A DNA stretch of 17,940 nt from Candidatus Iainarchaeum sp. (GCA_043816965.1 JBDRHK010000003.1:1-17940); one strand, 5' to 3'. Positions 1 to 9,043 are shown, counted from the first letter of the stretch. A program made the numbers and translations. The notes: generated by a model from the letters alone, not told the origin.

Positions 1-764
1 AGAAGGAGCATTACCGCAGTCCTTGCATCACCAGATTCCTGTGCGGCAAGTGCTGCCGCCAGATTTATTGCCGATGACTGGACAGTTCTTGGCTTGAATG
101 CCATCTCTGCCCTCTGCTTCAAAATCTCCCTAAGCTCTTCCGCATTGTAAGGGGGAAAAACCATTTCCTGCTCGCACAAACTGCTTTTTGTTCTCGGGTC
201 CAGCCTGTCCTTGAACATCAAATTGTTTGAAATTCCAATGAGAGAAACACTCCCCTTATCAAGTTCATCATTTCCGCGTGTAAGTGAATAAATCAATTCA
301 TCCAAATCCTTAACCTTATCCACCTCATCAAGGACAACAACAAATTCCCTGCCCTTCCTCACATAATCCAGCAGTTTCTCGTAAACAAATGCCGCGCTGA
401 ACCCCAGAAAATTCTCTTCAGGGTACAAATCCTTAACAATCTTAATCAAAACCCTGTATTTGCTGTTATGGTTCCTGCAATTAACATAGCAGCCCTCAAC
501 ATCCAGATTCTGCTTCACGGAAAAATCCAGCAATTGCTGCACAACATGCTTGGCGACTGAAGTTTTGCCTGTCCCTGTCTTGCCATAAAGGAAAAGATTG
601 TCGGTTTTCTTCCCCTTGAGGGAAAAACCCAAAATATCGCCCATTTCATTTATCTGTGTCTCCCTGAAAGGAAGAATTGGGGGGGTGTAATGGGGTGTTA
701 CAAGGTTCCTGTCCTTAAAAACGGTTTCTTTTGCAAACTCCTTTTCGAATATGTTCTGCTGCAA
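1..764 (-). CDS. cdc6: Orc1/Cdc6 replication initiator (AAA+ ATPase), 3'-truncated by the window edge
   Basis: Not in the ORF track; translated by hand. TTG at 764 follows a GGGGG SD-like run and gives MQQNIFEKEFAKETVFKDRNLVTPHYTPPILPFRETQI... It contains Walker A LFLYGKTGTGKT, Walker B FVVVLDEVD, sensor region LIGISN, box VII DPRTKSSL, FPPYNAEELREIL and GDARTA. Confidence 0.96.
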   Translation of the reverse strand, partial: MQQNIFEKEFAKETVFKDRNLVTPHYTPPILPFRETQINEMGDILGFSLKGKKTDNLFLYGKTGTGKTSVAKHVVQQLLDFSVKQNLDVEGCYVNCRNHNSKYRVLIKIVKDLYPEENFLGFSAAFVYEKLLDYVRKGREFVVVLDEVDKVKDLDELIYSLTRGNDELDKGSVSLIGISNNLMFKDRLDPRTKSSLCEQEMVFPPYNAEELREILKQRAEMAFKPRTVQSSAINLAAALAAQESGDARTAVMLL

Positions 765-991
765 GAATCAGGCCCCCGCCTTAAATTTATTAGCATACCT
801 TATTTGGGGCAATTAGGTTAAAAGAAGCTTCAGTTGTGGAACTGAACCTCTTCCGGTAATGGGCTTTGCTTTTCTTACTGTTTGCGGAAAATAAAATTCC
901 CCGCAAAAAATCAATTTCCCAACAATAGAATATAAATAATGTTCGTAATGCCAATTAATATAACGTTTTTTCGCTACAGGGGTGATAAGAA
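765..991. promoter_or_regulatory. Divergent cdc6/sepF intergenic region, candidate replication origin
   Basis: 227-bp non-coding gap. Inverted repeats TTCAGTT-gtgg-AACTGAA (829-846) and TTTGCGG-N13-CCGCAAA (881-907); AT-rich tract about 905-970; TATA-like TATAAATA (931-938); SD AGGGGTGAT (978-986). The origin role is inferred from cdc6 adjacency. Confidence 0.5.
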
Positions 992-1351
992 TTGGCTTTT
1001 ATGGAAAAACTGATTGGTAAAAAAGATGAAATAGATATTGAGGAGTTCCTCAACAACCTTGATGTTGAAGAGGAGACAATGTATGAGGATGCCGACGCAT
1101 TTGTGAAGCCCATTTCCCTTCAGGGAGATGAGGACAGGGACCTAATTGTCGAGGAAATGAAGAAAGGTAACATAATCCTCGTTAATATTGCGGATCTTGC
1201 AAAAAGGAACGCAATAAGGCTCAGGGACCTTATAAATGGGATAAAGATAGAGGCAGACAAGATTGACGGTGACATAGCGAGGATTTCCACCGACAGGGTG
1301 CTGGTTACTCCCAGCAGGGTAAAAATAATAAAAAGAAGAGAATCTCGCTGA
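992..1351 (+). CDS. sepF: Cell division protein SepF (archaeal DUF552 type)
   Basis: Short amphipathic N-terminus (MAFMEKLIGKK), acidic linker, and SepF core GNIILVNI...IDGDIARISTDRVLVTPSRVKI. TTG start with a GGGGTGAT SD. Confidence 0.9.
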   Translation: MAFMEKLIGKKDEIDIEEFLNNLDVEEETMYEDADAFVKPISLQGDEDRDLIVEEMKKGNIILVNIADLAKRNAIRLRDLINGIKIEADKIDGDIARISTDRVLVTPSRVKIIKRRESR

Positions 1352-1370
1352 AATCAAGAGAGGGCCTTGA

Positions 1371-2177
1371 ATGCAGCTTGATAAGCCCTCATTTTCTATT
1401 TCTTTTACGCGTGAGCAGGCAGATGAACTTGTAGATAGCAGGGTTAGCGCAAAAGGCTGGAATCTCAACAAAGTTCTCCAGGTCAAATCTGTATATCATC
1501 CCTATATCCTGTTCAATTTCCATGGCTTCAGGAAATCAGGGGAGGAAAAGGGAGAGGGCGTAAAAGACGAGATTCAGGAGAAAATGGCCCTTGACGCACT
1601 TACTGATGAATTCAGCGATATGGCATCCAATCTTGGGGAAGAGAAACCAATTGAAAACCAAGTGATTAAGGATGAGGAAATCGAGGCCTTGAACCCCCTG
1701 ATTTTCGAGGAGGAGGCAAAGGAACTCCTTCCTTTAAAATTGTCAGCCAAATTCGATATTCCAAGGGGCAATGTTTTCATAACCGGAATGAGGATGGTTT
1801 ATGCCCCTGAATGGAAATACCTTGTCGAAGTTGACACCAAAACATATGATTTTACAATTGACGCGGTTAATGGTGGCTTGGAGGGGGATGAAAAAATACC
1901 TGTTAGGGATAAAGGCTGGAACGAGATTACAAAGGAAACAATAAGCGAACTTCAAAACCCGGGTGCGTGGGTGAAATATTCCGCCGCCACAGTAACCGGC
2001 ATTGCATCAATGATGGGGGGAACAGAAGAACAGGGCAGATCCAAAAAAGCAAAAGTAGCAACCCATGGAAAAAAATCCCTGCTGAAGGAACTGGCAACTA
2101 ACACAAGAACCCAGATAATAATTCTCGGCATTATTGCGGCAGTGGTAATAATTTTATTTTACTTTGGCCCGAAGTGA
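1371..2177 (+). CDS. Hypothetical protein with a single C-terminal transmembrane helix (tail-anchored)
   Basis: 268 aa, 19 bp after sepF. Acidic soluble body with a VYAPEW...FTIDAVNG beta motif, then a basic linker and hydrophobic IIILGIIAAVVIILFYF at the extreme C-terminus. Confidence 0.75.
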   Translation: MQLDKPSFSISFTREQADELVDSRVSAKGWNLNKVLQVKSVYHPYILFNFHGFRKSGEEKGEGVKDEIQEKMALDALTDEFSDMASNLGEEKPIENQVIKDEEIEALNPLIFEEEAKELLPLKLSAKFDIPRGNVFITGMRMVYAPEWKYLVEVDTKTYDFTIDAVNGGLEGDEKIPVRDKGWNEITKETISELQNPGAWVKYSAATVTGIASMMGGTEEQGRSKKAKVATHGKKSLLKELATNTRTQIIILGIIAAVVIILFYFGPK

Positions 2178-2178
2178 T

Positions 2179-5100
2179 TTACACAAACTGAAACAGGTTT
2201 TTCTGCTCCATCTTATCGTTTTGGAACACCGAATCAACTTCCTGTTCAATTAGTTTAATGCGCTGTTTAATGTAGTCGCTCAGCCCGTATTTAAGAATCA
2301 TCTCATTTGCAATTTTTAGGTATTTCCTTACAGAGCCCTGCGCAATGGTGAGGATTATATTGCCGCTGTCACCGCATTTCCAGCATTTCCCGCTTAACGG
2401 AATGCGCCTGTATTTTGTGTTGCATCTGGTGCAGCGGAAAGTCTGCCTTGAGAATGCCCTTGCGTTTCCTATAATGTCTGGGAGAAAGTGCGAAACCATA
2501 ACCCTCTCAAGAGCATCTTTTTTCTCAACAGCCCTAATTTTTCCCTGCAATTTGGCCTGGGCGTTTATTTTGGATTCCATTGAATCAAGTTGGACATATC
2601 TGGAAACTTTCGGGCCGCCATCAAATGTTGAGGTTGGATGGGTAAAGTTAATCCCGGTATATTGCTCCTTTGTGCCCAATTTGTTGAACACCCTTGGAAT
2701 GGAATCCAAATCAGGAGGGATGAGTTCAGAGCATTTTTCATACAGCTCCAATGGATAACGCTTACAGGTTTCAATCTCATATGCCTCATCATCAATTTCA
2801 GTCGGTTTCAGGGCAACGGTGAACACAAGAGGGGCGTCCATCCTCCCCCCACGCGTTGATGGGAGATAATGCTGGGAAAAGTTAAGCAGGCCATCCATCA
2901 GGAGCATTACTGAATCTTGGTCTCCGTCACAATCATAGATGGCAAGGTTTCCAAACCCACCTATGTATGTTTTGTTCCCTTCAACCATCAAATCATACAC
3001 GAATTTTTCCTTCGAATGAGCCTTTTTTATCTCCTTTATCTTGTCCAATGCAAATGAGCCGATCTTTTTAACTCTTTTAGATCTGAACACCTTGCTTTTT
3101 TTTATCCTGGCAAACCTTTTCCCCCTCCTGCCAAAAAGAAATTTTCCAATGGTTAATAAGTCTTCAGAATAAAGCCTAATCCCCCAGCTTTCCAAAGTCT
3201 TTATTTTGCCCTTCTTTTCATAGAATTCTTTAACTATGCCGGTATTAATTGTTCTTTTTTCATGAAACAGGTGCGGGAAACAACCAAGCATGCTGCACAC
3301 TAAACCAACTTCATTTATCAGGTTTTTGTTCACAGAGACTATCTTTATGCTATTTGAATCTATGTAGCCATCCCCGACAGCATAGCTCCCAACTAATGCG
3401 CCCTGACATTTTTTATCTGTGTTAAAGAAAACAGCAGGAACATGTTTGTTCTTTGCGTTGCTGCCTGTTTTCAGAATTTTTGTGAACAGTTCATAGTATA
3501 TTCTTCCGCTCAAGGTAATATAGTCCAAATTTTTTCTTTTGCTGGAAGATAACTTTCTATTAAACAACTCCGCTATATTCCTGCTAATTTTTTTTGAAAT
3601 TTCCCTTTCAGCGGATACAAAATTAATCTGGTAAACATACTTTTCCCTTTTTTTATTATCAGTTGTTCTCGCATACCCGTCAGCCAAAAAATAACCAATA
3701 ATCTCGGCAAATTCTTTATTTAACGGGATTGTTATCGGCAGAGTGCTTTTTTGTTTATTGTATCCGATTGTTGCATCCTTGAAGTGGCCGGCTTCCTTAC
3801 CCAGTTCCTTCATCATTATTTCAAATAGATCCAATGGAACAGAATCAAAGTCTATTGCAGTATGTATGGATTTTCCTTGTTTATAGTTGTTATTCAAATA
3901 TTTTCTGTATCCCGTCTTTTTAGCGAGTTTCCAGCAACCACCATATTTTTTGACCAATTTTTTAATATTTGGTTTTACATTATGCACTCTCAATTTTGCT
4001 TTTTTTCTCCGGCTATAATTCTGAATGAACCATTCAAGAACATTTATCTGTTTTAGTTTATTTACGGAACTGAACTTTGAAAGAGACAACAATGAATCGC
4101 CTTCCTGCAGCTTACTAACAGGTCTTTTAGCAATTCGCTTTCCATCAAATACCAATAGCTCATGGTTGCCTGTTGCCGTAATTTCCCTCCCGAACATTGT
4201 CCTGATTGCAAACATTGTTTTAGGAGACATCTGCTTTAACAGTGCCTTAACCTTCTCCTTTTTAATTAAGCCATTTTCATCAACCGTGTATGTAAGGATA
4301 TTTTGCAATGGGATAACCTCCCTTTCGGTCCCATCATCAAATGAATCAATAGGAACAATCTTCGTATGATTCGCGTTTTCAATTAATACCGGTGTTTTGC
4401 CGGTAAGGCAATTTCTTCTTTTAGTAAGGTGGAAGAAGGGATGGGCAAAACAAAGCCTTGCCTTGCTGAAACCTATTATCCTCCCGACGATGGCTGCAGA
4501 AGTATGCGGGGCCAGACCCATCACAAGCTCCCCCACCATATCCTGAGTTGAACCTTTTTTGTAATATGGCTCAAGGCCGTAGAACTTAACCAATAAATCA
4601 TCAACAAACTTTGTTACGCGGATGAAAAATTCAACAGAATCCTCATTGATTATAATGTCCTGAGGGAATATCTCGAGCAATTGCTCATCATTTTCCAATG
4701 GCTTTCCATCAACATCCTTCTCATATCCCAGTTCCTTCATCTTTGCTGGGCTTGTCCCAATTTCCCTTGGCTTGAAATGTGTCAGGGGGGCATTAAGCAT
4801 CTCAAATCTGATTGTTGCATCGCGGAATATGTTAAGGTTGCGGTTTGCCCTTAAAATCCCCTTTTCAAGTGGTTCGGCAATCTTGCTCTCATTTATCAGG
4901 CCTTTTACCCCCTTCAGCGTTTCCGGCATTTTCACCTTCAATGAAGTGATTGCTTTTAACAGCAATTCATCAATATTTACCTTTCTTTTGCTGAAGGCAT
5001 CAGCGTCAGCGGAACATTTGCTGCATTTTTTGGTTTCTGAGAGATTGCCACATCTCCCGCAAAGGTAAACCTTTGTTGCCCTTGCCCCGCACTCAGGGCA

Positions 5101-7095
5101 GTTTGCAAGCGGGACTGTTTTGCCACAATCAGGGCACTTGTAAAATGCCATCTCAACCTCAATCTCCCCCCTTCTCCCGCCCCTTAATTCAGATGTTTCA
5201 GAAGCCTTGTTTATTGAGCGTGTTGACCCCCCATAAATGCCTATTGGAAAAAGAACATGCGGGTTTCCAACCATCTTCCTTGGCCTTGCGGCCTCAGGCC
5301 TTCCCATTCTTGTTCCTATGAAAGTTCCGCACTTGTCCCTGATTTCCATCCCTGAAAGTTTTGAGAGAATCTCAAGAACACTTCCCTCTTCAGGAACTTT
5401 GCCGAGAGAAAGCCCGCCAAAAGTCTTGACAAAAGAATAGGCAAGATTCTTCCCAATAACAATTTTTCCCTCAATGATTTTGTGCGGAAGTCCGATAGTC
5501 TCAAGCAGATCCTTAAGATCTTCCGAATGTTCCATTTTCAGGGCAATAATTCTGTTTTCATCAAAAATTTTATTCCCCTTTCTAACCGCCCCAACCAGTT
5601 CAACAACATCCTTGTGTTTAAGGAGAGAGTAATAGTGTGTGAATTCCGGATGCAAGGGTATTTTGAGTTGCAGGGATAATTCTGCGGCGGTAAAGCCGTC
5701 AATCGCCTCAGGATTTTTTAAAATTTCATCAGTATCTATCCCCTCAATTTGCCTTCCCTTGTTCAGTGCCTTCTCAAGCTCCAGCACCCACCATTCCACA
5801 CAATAGCCGACAGGCATTAGAGGGTGCGCACTTTTCCTGAAATCCCCGTAAGAAATAAGCAAATCCCCCAAAAAGATAATTTCCTTAAGTTGGTTCTTTA
5901 TCTCCTGGGCCTCCTTTATTGAGGTTATTTTCCTCACCTCTCCGCTCAGGAGTTTCACTATCGGCCCCTCGATTGAATCGCAGGGGAATATCTCGGCGGA
6001 CTTCCCCGGCCTTTCAACCTTCATTTGCGTTCCTACTGCAATAAACTCATCAAGAACATACATTGTTGCAGGATGTATTGCCTTTCCCATTATGCCTGTA
6101 TTTCTGGAGCGGCCATACCTCAGCCTGAAACCGCCTGGTTTCATAGGGTATGAAAAAATAGGCCTGCCGGCGGCAATTCTTGTAAGGTAGGAAAAATTTT
6201 CCTTGATGGTCTTGTCTTTGTCCCCGCTCTTACTAACTTTGATTATTCCTTCCAGCCACTTCCAATCCAGTTTGAGCATATTTGCAAAGGTGAGTATTTT
6301 CATTGCCTTGAGTGCCACCCCCTCGCAGATAACAAGGCACATCCCTCCCCTAACCCTATTGGACGGAATCCTTTCCAAATCCTTAAATGCAGTGACTTCC
6401 CGTTCCTCAGTTGGTTCGCCATTTATGCAGACCGGGCAGCCCCTTATGATTTTCCTGACCTCCTCAGGATGCAGCTTGTACTGCCTTGTAAAAATATCGT
6501 CATAAATATTGGTTTCCTCAACATATCTCTCGATTTCTTCTTCAGTTGGTTTATATCTTTCCAGACCCATGAGTTTCCTTGCATAGTCCCCCAAAATCAG
6601 AGGAAATACTGTCGCAGTTCCCCCTGCAGCCCTAATAGGCCCTGCAAAGTAAATATCCACAAATTCAGAGCCATCGAAATTTTTGCTGATTTTTACAGAG
6701 GGCACCCCATCCAATGGGGCAACAACTACCCCTTCAGTAACAAGCACAAGGGAAGTCTTCACCGCCTGTTCCAGCCTTTTCTCCCTATCAGGAATATTTA
6801 CCCAAGGATTATTCTCAATTATTTCCTTGAAAATTTTGAAAATGGTCTTTGTCCTGTCCCCGTCCATCTCCTTGTAAATCTTCCTGTATCTTTCAGCAAT
6901 CCCAGGGGGGCCTGTAATTTTCTCGCACCTGTCAGCCAAATCAGTTGTTGGGGTGGTTTCAACTTCAAGGCTTACATCCTTTCCCTTAGCCCTTGCCTTT
7001 TTGGCTATGGCTAATTGCTCATTAACCTGTTTGGTTAATTTTTTGTAATAATTGACCACGTGTATAGGGGCATCAATTTTCAAATCAAATGACAT
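2179..7095 (-). CDS. polC: DNA polymerase D large subunit DP2, intein-containing precursor
   Basis: DP2 motifs TEGVVVAPLDG, YFAGPIRAAGGT, GGFRLRYGRSRNTG, GTRMGRPE, LAPHTSA and KRRN/CDGD; Cys-rich Zn modules; C-terminal PIP box QKNLFQFV. ATG 7095 is preferred over TTG 7110 because GAGGGGAGG precedes it. Confidence 0.98.
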   Translation of the reverse strand: MSFDLKIDAPIHVVNYYKKLTKQVNEQLAIAKKARAKGKDVSLEVETTPTTDLADRCEKITGPPGIAERYRKIYKEMDGDRTKTIFKIFKEIIENNPWVNIPDREKRLEQAVKTSLVLVTEGVVVAPLDGVPSVKISKNFDGSEFVDIYFAGPIRAAGGTATVFPLILGDYARKLMGLERYKPTEEEIERYVEETNIYDDIFTRQYKLHPEEVRKIIRGCPVCINGEPTEEREVTAFKDLERIPSNRVRGGMCLVICEGVALKAMKILTFANMLKLDWKWLEGIIKVSKSGDKDKTIKENFSYLTRIAAGRPIFSYPMKPGGFRLRYGRSRNTGIMGKAIHPATMYVLDEFIAVGTQMKVERPGKSAEIFPCDSIEGPIVKLLSGEVRKITSIKEAQEIKNQLKEIIFLGDLLISYGDFRKSAHPLMPVGYCVEWWVLELEKALNKGRQIEGIDTDEILKNPEAIDGFTAAELSLQLKIPLHPEFTHYYSLLKHKDVVELVGAVRKGNKIFDENRIIALKMEHSEDLKDLLETIGLPHKIIEGKIVIGKNLAYSFVKTFGGLSLGKVPEEGSVLEILSKLSGMEIRDKCGTFIGTRMGRPEAARPRKMVGNPHVLFPIGIYGGSTRSINKASETSELRGGRRGEIEVEMAFYKCPDCGKTVPLANCPECGARATKVYLCGRCGNLSETKKCSKCSADADAFSKRKVNIDELLLKAITSLKVKMPETLKGVKGLINESKIAEPLEKGILRANRNLNIFRDATIRFEMLNAPLTHFKPREIGTSPAKMKELGYEKDVDGKPLENDEQLLEIFPQDIIINEDSVEFFIRVTKFVDDLLVKFYGLEPYYKKGSTQDMVGELVMGLAPHTSAAIVGRIIGFSKARLCFAHPFFHLTKRRNCLTGKTPVLIENANHTKIVPIDSFDDGTEREVIPLQNILTYTVDENGLIKKEKVKALLKQMSPKTMFAIRTMFGREITATGNHELLVFDGKRIAKRPVSKLQEGDSLLSLSKFSSVNKLKQINVLEWFIQNYSRRKKAKLRVHNVKPNIKKLVKKYGGCWKLAKKTGYRKYLNNNYKQGKSIHTAIDFDSVPLDLFEIMMKELGKEAGHFKDATIGYNKQKSTLPITIPLNKEFAEIIGYFLADGYARTTDNKKREKYVYQINFVSAEREISKKISRNIAELFNRKLSSSKRKNLDYITLSGRIYYELFTKILKTGSNAKNKHVPAVFFNTDKKCQGALVGSYAVGDGYIDSNSIKIVSVNKNLINEVGLVCSMLGCFPHLFHEKRTINTGIVKEFYEKKGKIKTLESWGIRLYSEDLLTIGKFLFGRRGKRFARIKKSKVFRSKRVKKIGSFALDKIKEIKKAHSKEKFVYDLMVEGNKTYIGGFGNLAIYDCDGDQDSVMLLMDGLLNFSQHYLPSTRGGRMDAPLVFTVALKPTEIDDEAYEIETCKRYPLELYEKCSELIPPDLDSIPRVFNKLGTKEQYTGINFTHPTSTFDGGPKVSRYVQLDSMESKINAQAKLQGKIRAVEKKDALERVMVSHFLPDIIGNARAFSRQTFRCTRCNTKYRRIPLSGKCWKCGDSGNIILTIAQGSVRKYLKIANEMILKYGLSDYIKQRIKLIEQEVDSVFQNDKMEQKNLFQFV
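2932..4410 (-). mobile_element. Intein with LAGLIDADG homing endonuclease (493 aa) in DP2
   Basis: In-frame insertion splitting KRRN|CDGD. Block A CLTGKTPVLI, block B ITATGNHELL, LAGLIDADG blocks IIGYFLADGY and LVGSYAVGDGYI, block F FVYDLMVEG; it ends ...NLAIYD before the +1 Cys. Confidence 0.96.
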
Positions 7096-8617
7096 TTTTC
7101 CTCCCCTCAACGTAGAATTTGTTTTCCCTTATGTTTCTTGTTTTAAGTTCGAGTTCTGTCGCAATTCCCGGGGTAGGGACATGGCCAAGCTCAAGCTGGA
7201 AATCGGTTTGTGTCTGCCAGGTTCCGCAGTTTATTACGCTGCAGCCCTTGTACTGGGCATAACCTGTATGGTGCATGTCTCCCCCGAAATAAATATCTGG
7301 TTCCTCGCGTATAAGCATATAGTCCTTCTTCTCAGGAACATATGGCTGTCTCATTCCATAGCTTGGCATCAAATCCCTTCTCTTAAGCATTTCAATTATT
7401 GCCTTATGCGGTTCTCTTGCACTAAGAAAATTTACTGAGGAATATAAATCGTGCAGTGAAGCCCCGTGGTAAAACAGGCACTTTAAACCCTCAATCTCAA
7501 CCCAGCCAGGGGAGCCTATGAAATGGACATTGCCCCTTCCTGAAAGTTCATTCACAAATTCCTTAGGAATAGCTGGTTGGGGGTCGGCTCTCCTCACGGC
7601 ATCATGCTGCCCTGGGCAAATAATAATCTCAATATATTCCGGAACCTTTAGCATAAGCTGCGTGAATTTTTCATATTGCTTGTAAATATCCTTTATCGCC
7701 AGTTCATCAAATTGGTCAGGGTAAACTCCCACCCCGTCAATATTGTCGCCAACAACCGCCAGGTATTTTATCTTCCCTATCCTCTCAAGTTCCTTTTCCG
7801 AACTCGTATTCCCGTTCAGCCATGAAATGAAGTCATTGAATTCCTTCTCAATGAAAAGCTTGCTTCCTATATGGAGGTCGGAAATCGCCATAATGCTCAA
7901 ATCCCGTTCCACGCTTTTGATTGGCCTGTTTGGCAAATCAGGCAGGAAAATCTCCTTTGCAATCACCAAATCTTCTGAGAGTTTTGAGCCCTTTACCCCG
8001 ATAACATCGTCCATAATAACGCTTTGCGCAAACTCAAATAGCTGCTTCTCATTATTTGACGCAAGCACGATTATCTTCGAATCCAAATCCTCAACCTCAA
8101 ATGCAAGGTTCCCTTTCTTGCTCATCCATTTTCTGTTGACCATTCCGATAAACTCGACATCCCTGCCTTTGGTAGACCTTACTACTCTAGAAATCGCCCT
8201 TGGGTCAAAGCCCTGCCTCTGCCTCAGAACTGATGAAAGAAACTGGAATTTATCGCGAAACATACTTAAAAAATCTTTTATTTTGCCTTCGCTGTAGCTC
8301 TTTCCCGTAATATCATACTCCTCCATTATCCTCAATTTCGGGTCCAGATCCCTGGCTTCAGCATTGAAACCGCTTTTCCTTACAATAACAGTTTCCTCCA
8401 CCCCCTTGATTTTTGATTCCTTCCTGAGCAGAGATGCCTTAATCTTCTTATCATCAATAATCAGTTCGCCCTTCTCCAGAAATTCGTCAAGCAGCTCCCT
8501 GTAATCTTTCAGGGAGGAAAGCAGGGCAATTGCATTTGATTCAATAAGTAGCCCCTTCTCATCGGCGTACTCAATTACTTCCTTTTCAACAGGCCCTGTT
8601 ATCAAACTTTTCCCCAA
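7085..8617 (-). CDS. polB: DNA polymerase D small subunit DP1 (proofreading exonuclease)
   Basis: OB fold followed by calcineurin-like motifs SDLHIGS, GDNIDGVGVYPDQ, PGQHD, YHG, GDMH and GTWQTQTDFQ...PTPG. Its stop overlaps the DP2 start. The exact TTG start is uncertain. Confidence 0.96.
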   Translation of the reverse strand: MGKSLITGPVEKEVIEYADEKGLLIESNAIALLSSLKDYRELLDEFLEKGELIIDDKKIKASLLRKESKIKGVEETVIVRKSGFNAEARDLDPKLRIMEEYDITGKSYSEGKIKDFLSMFRDKFQFLSSVLRQRQGFDPRAISRVVRSTKGRDVEFIGMVNRKWMSKKGNLAFEVEDLDSKIIVLASNNEKQLFEFAQSVIMDDVIGVKGSKLSEDLVIAKEIFLPDLPNRPIKSVERDLSIMAISDLHIGSKLFIEKEFNDFISWLNGNTSSEKELERIGKIKYLAVVGDNIDGVGVYPDQFDELAIKDIYKQYEKFTQLMLKVPEYIEIIICPGQHDAVRRADPQPAIPKEFVNELSGRGNVHFIGSPGWVEIEGLKCLFYHGASLHDLYSSVNFLSAREPHKAIIEMLKRRDLMPSYGMRQPYVPEKKDYMLIREEPDIYFGGDMHHTGYAQYKGCSVINCGTWQTQTDFQLELGHVPTPGIATELELKTRNIRENKFYVEGRKNVI

Positions 8618-8626
8618 AAAAACCCC

Positions 8627-8884
8627 TTACTTGCTTTTTTCCCTCAATCTTTCAAGTTCGGAGATTATGGTCCAAATTTCGGTTCTGGTGTGGGATGGCA
8701 TGTTTATGTCATTGCTGATATCATCCAGGCAGTAGATTGCGGAGGTAATCCTGAGCCCAATCTCCTCCTTTGACATAATTTTCTGCTTGGCATCATCAAC
8801 TGATCTTCGGATATTCCTTGGGACAGTAGTATCCTCAATAACCTCCTCCATCAAATCAGCCACATCACTAAGTTCATTATCCAT
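8627..8884 (-). CDS. UPF0147 family protein
   Basis: Family signature DTTVPRNIRR...LDDISNDINMPSHTRTEIWTIISELE. ATG 8884 is preferred because the ORF-track GTG at 8893 lies inside the SD GGGGTGAT. Confidence 0.92.
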   Translation of the reverse strand: MDNELSDVADLMEEVIEDTTVPRNIRRSVDDAKQKIMSKEEIGLRITSAIYCLDDISNDINMPSHTRTEIWTIISELERLREKSK

Positions 8885-9043
8885 TCCAATCACCCCTTTG
8901 CCAGATGGCCTAATAAAAGGTCAGCTGTAAAAAACCGGATTCAATTCAAAAACAGTCATTTTTCCAATAACCCCCGAAAGTAGTTCAACTTTCTTATCGG
9001 TTAACTGAATAATATTAAATAGGAAATTAATTTAAATTAACTG

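Noticed and set aside
2090..2177. C-terminal TM of the 268-aa protein as the archaeosortase substrate
   Set aside because: There is no signal peptide, no PGF/PEF-like motif before the TM, and no basic cluster after it; the topology looks reversed.
2914..2931. DP2 motif CDGDQD instead of CDGDED
   Set aside because: Both catalytic Asp residues of DGD are retained, so this is not evidence of inactivation.
3000..4300. Long A/T homopolymers in the intein as frameshift or phase-variation sites
   Set aside because: The reading frame is continuous and the runs reflect Lys-rich coding.
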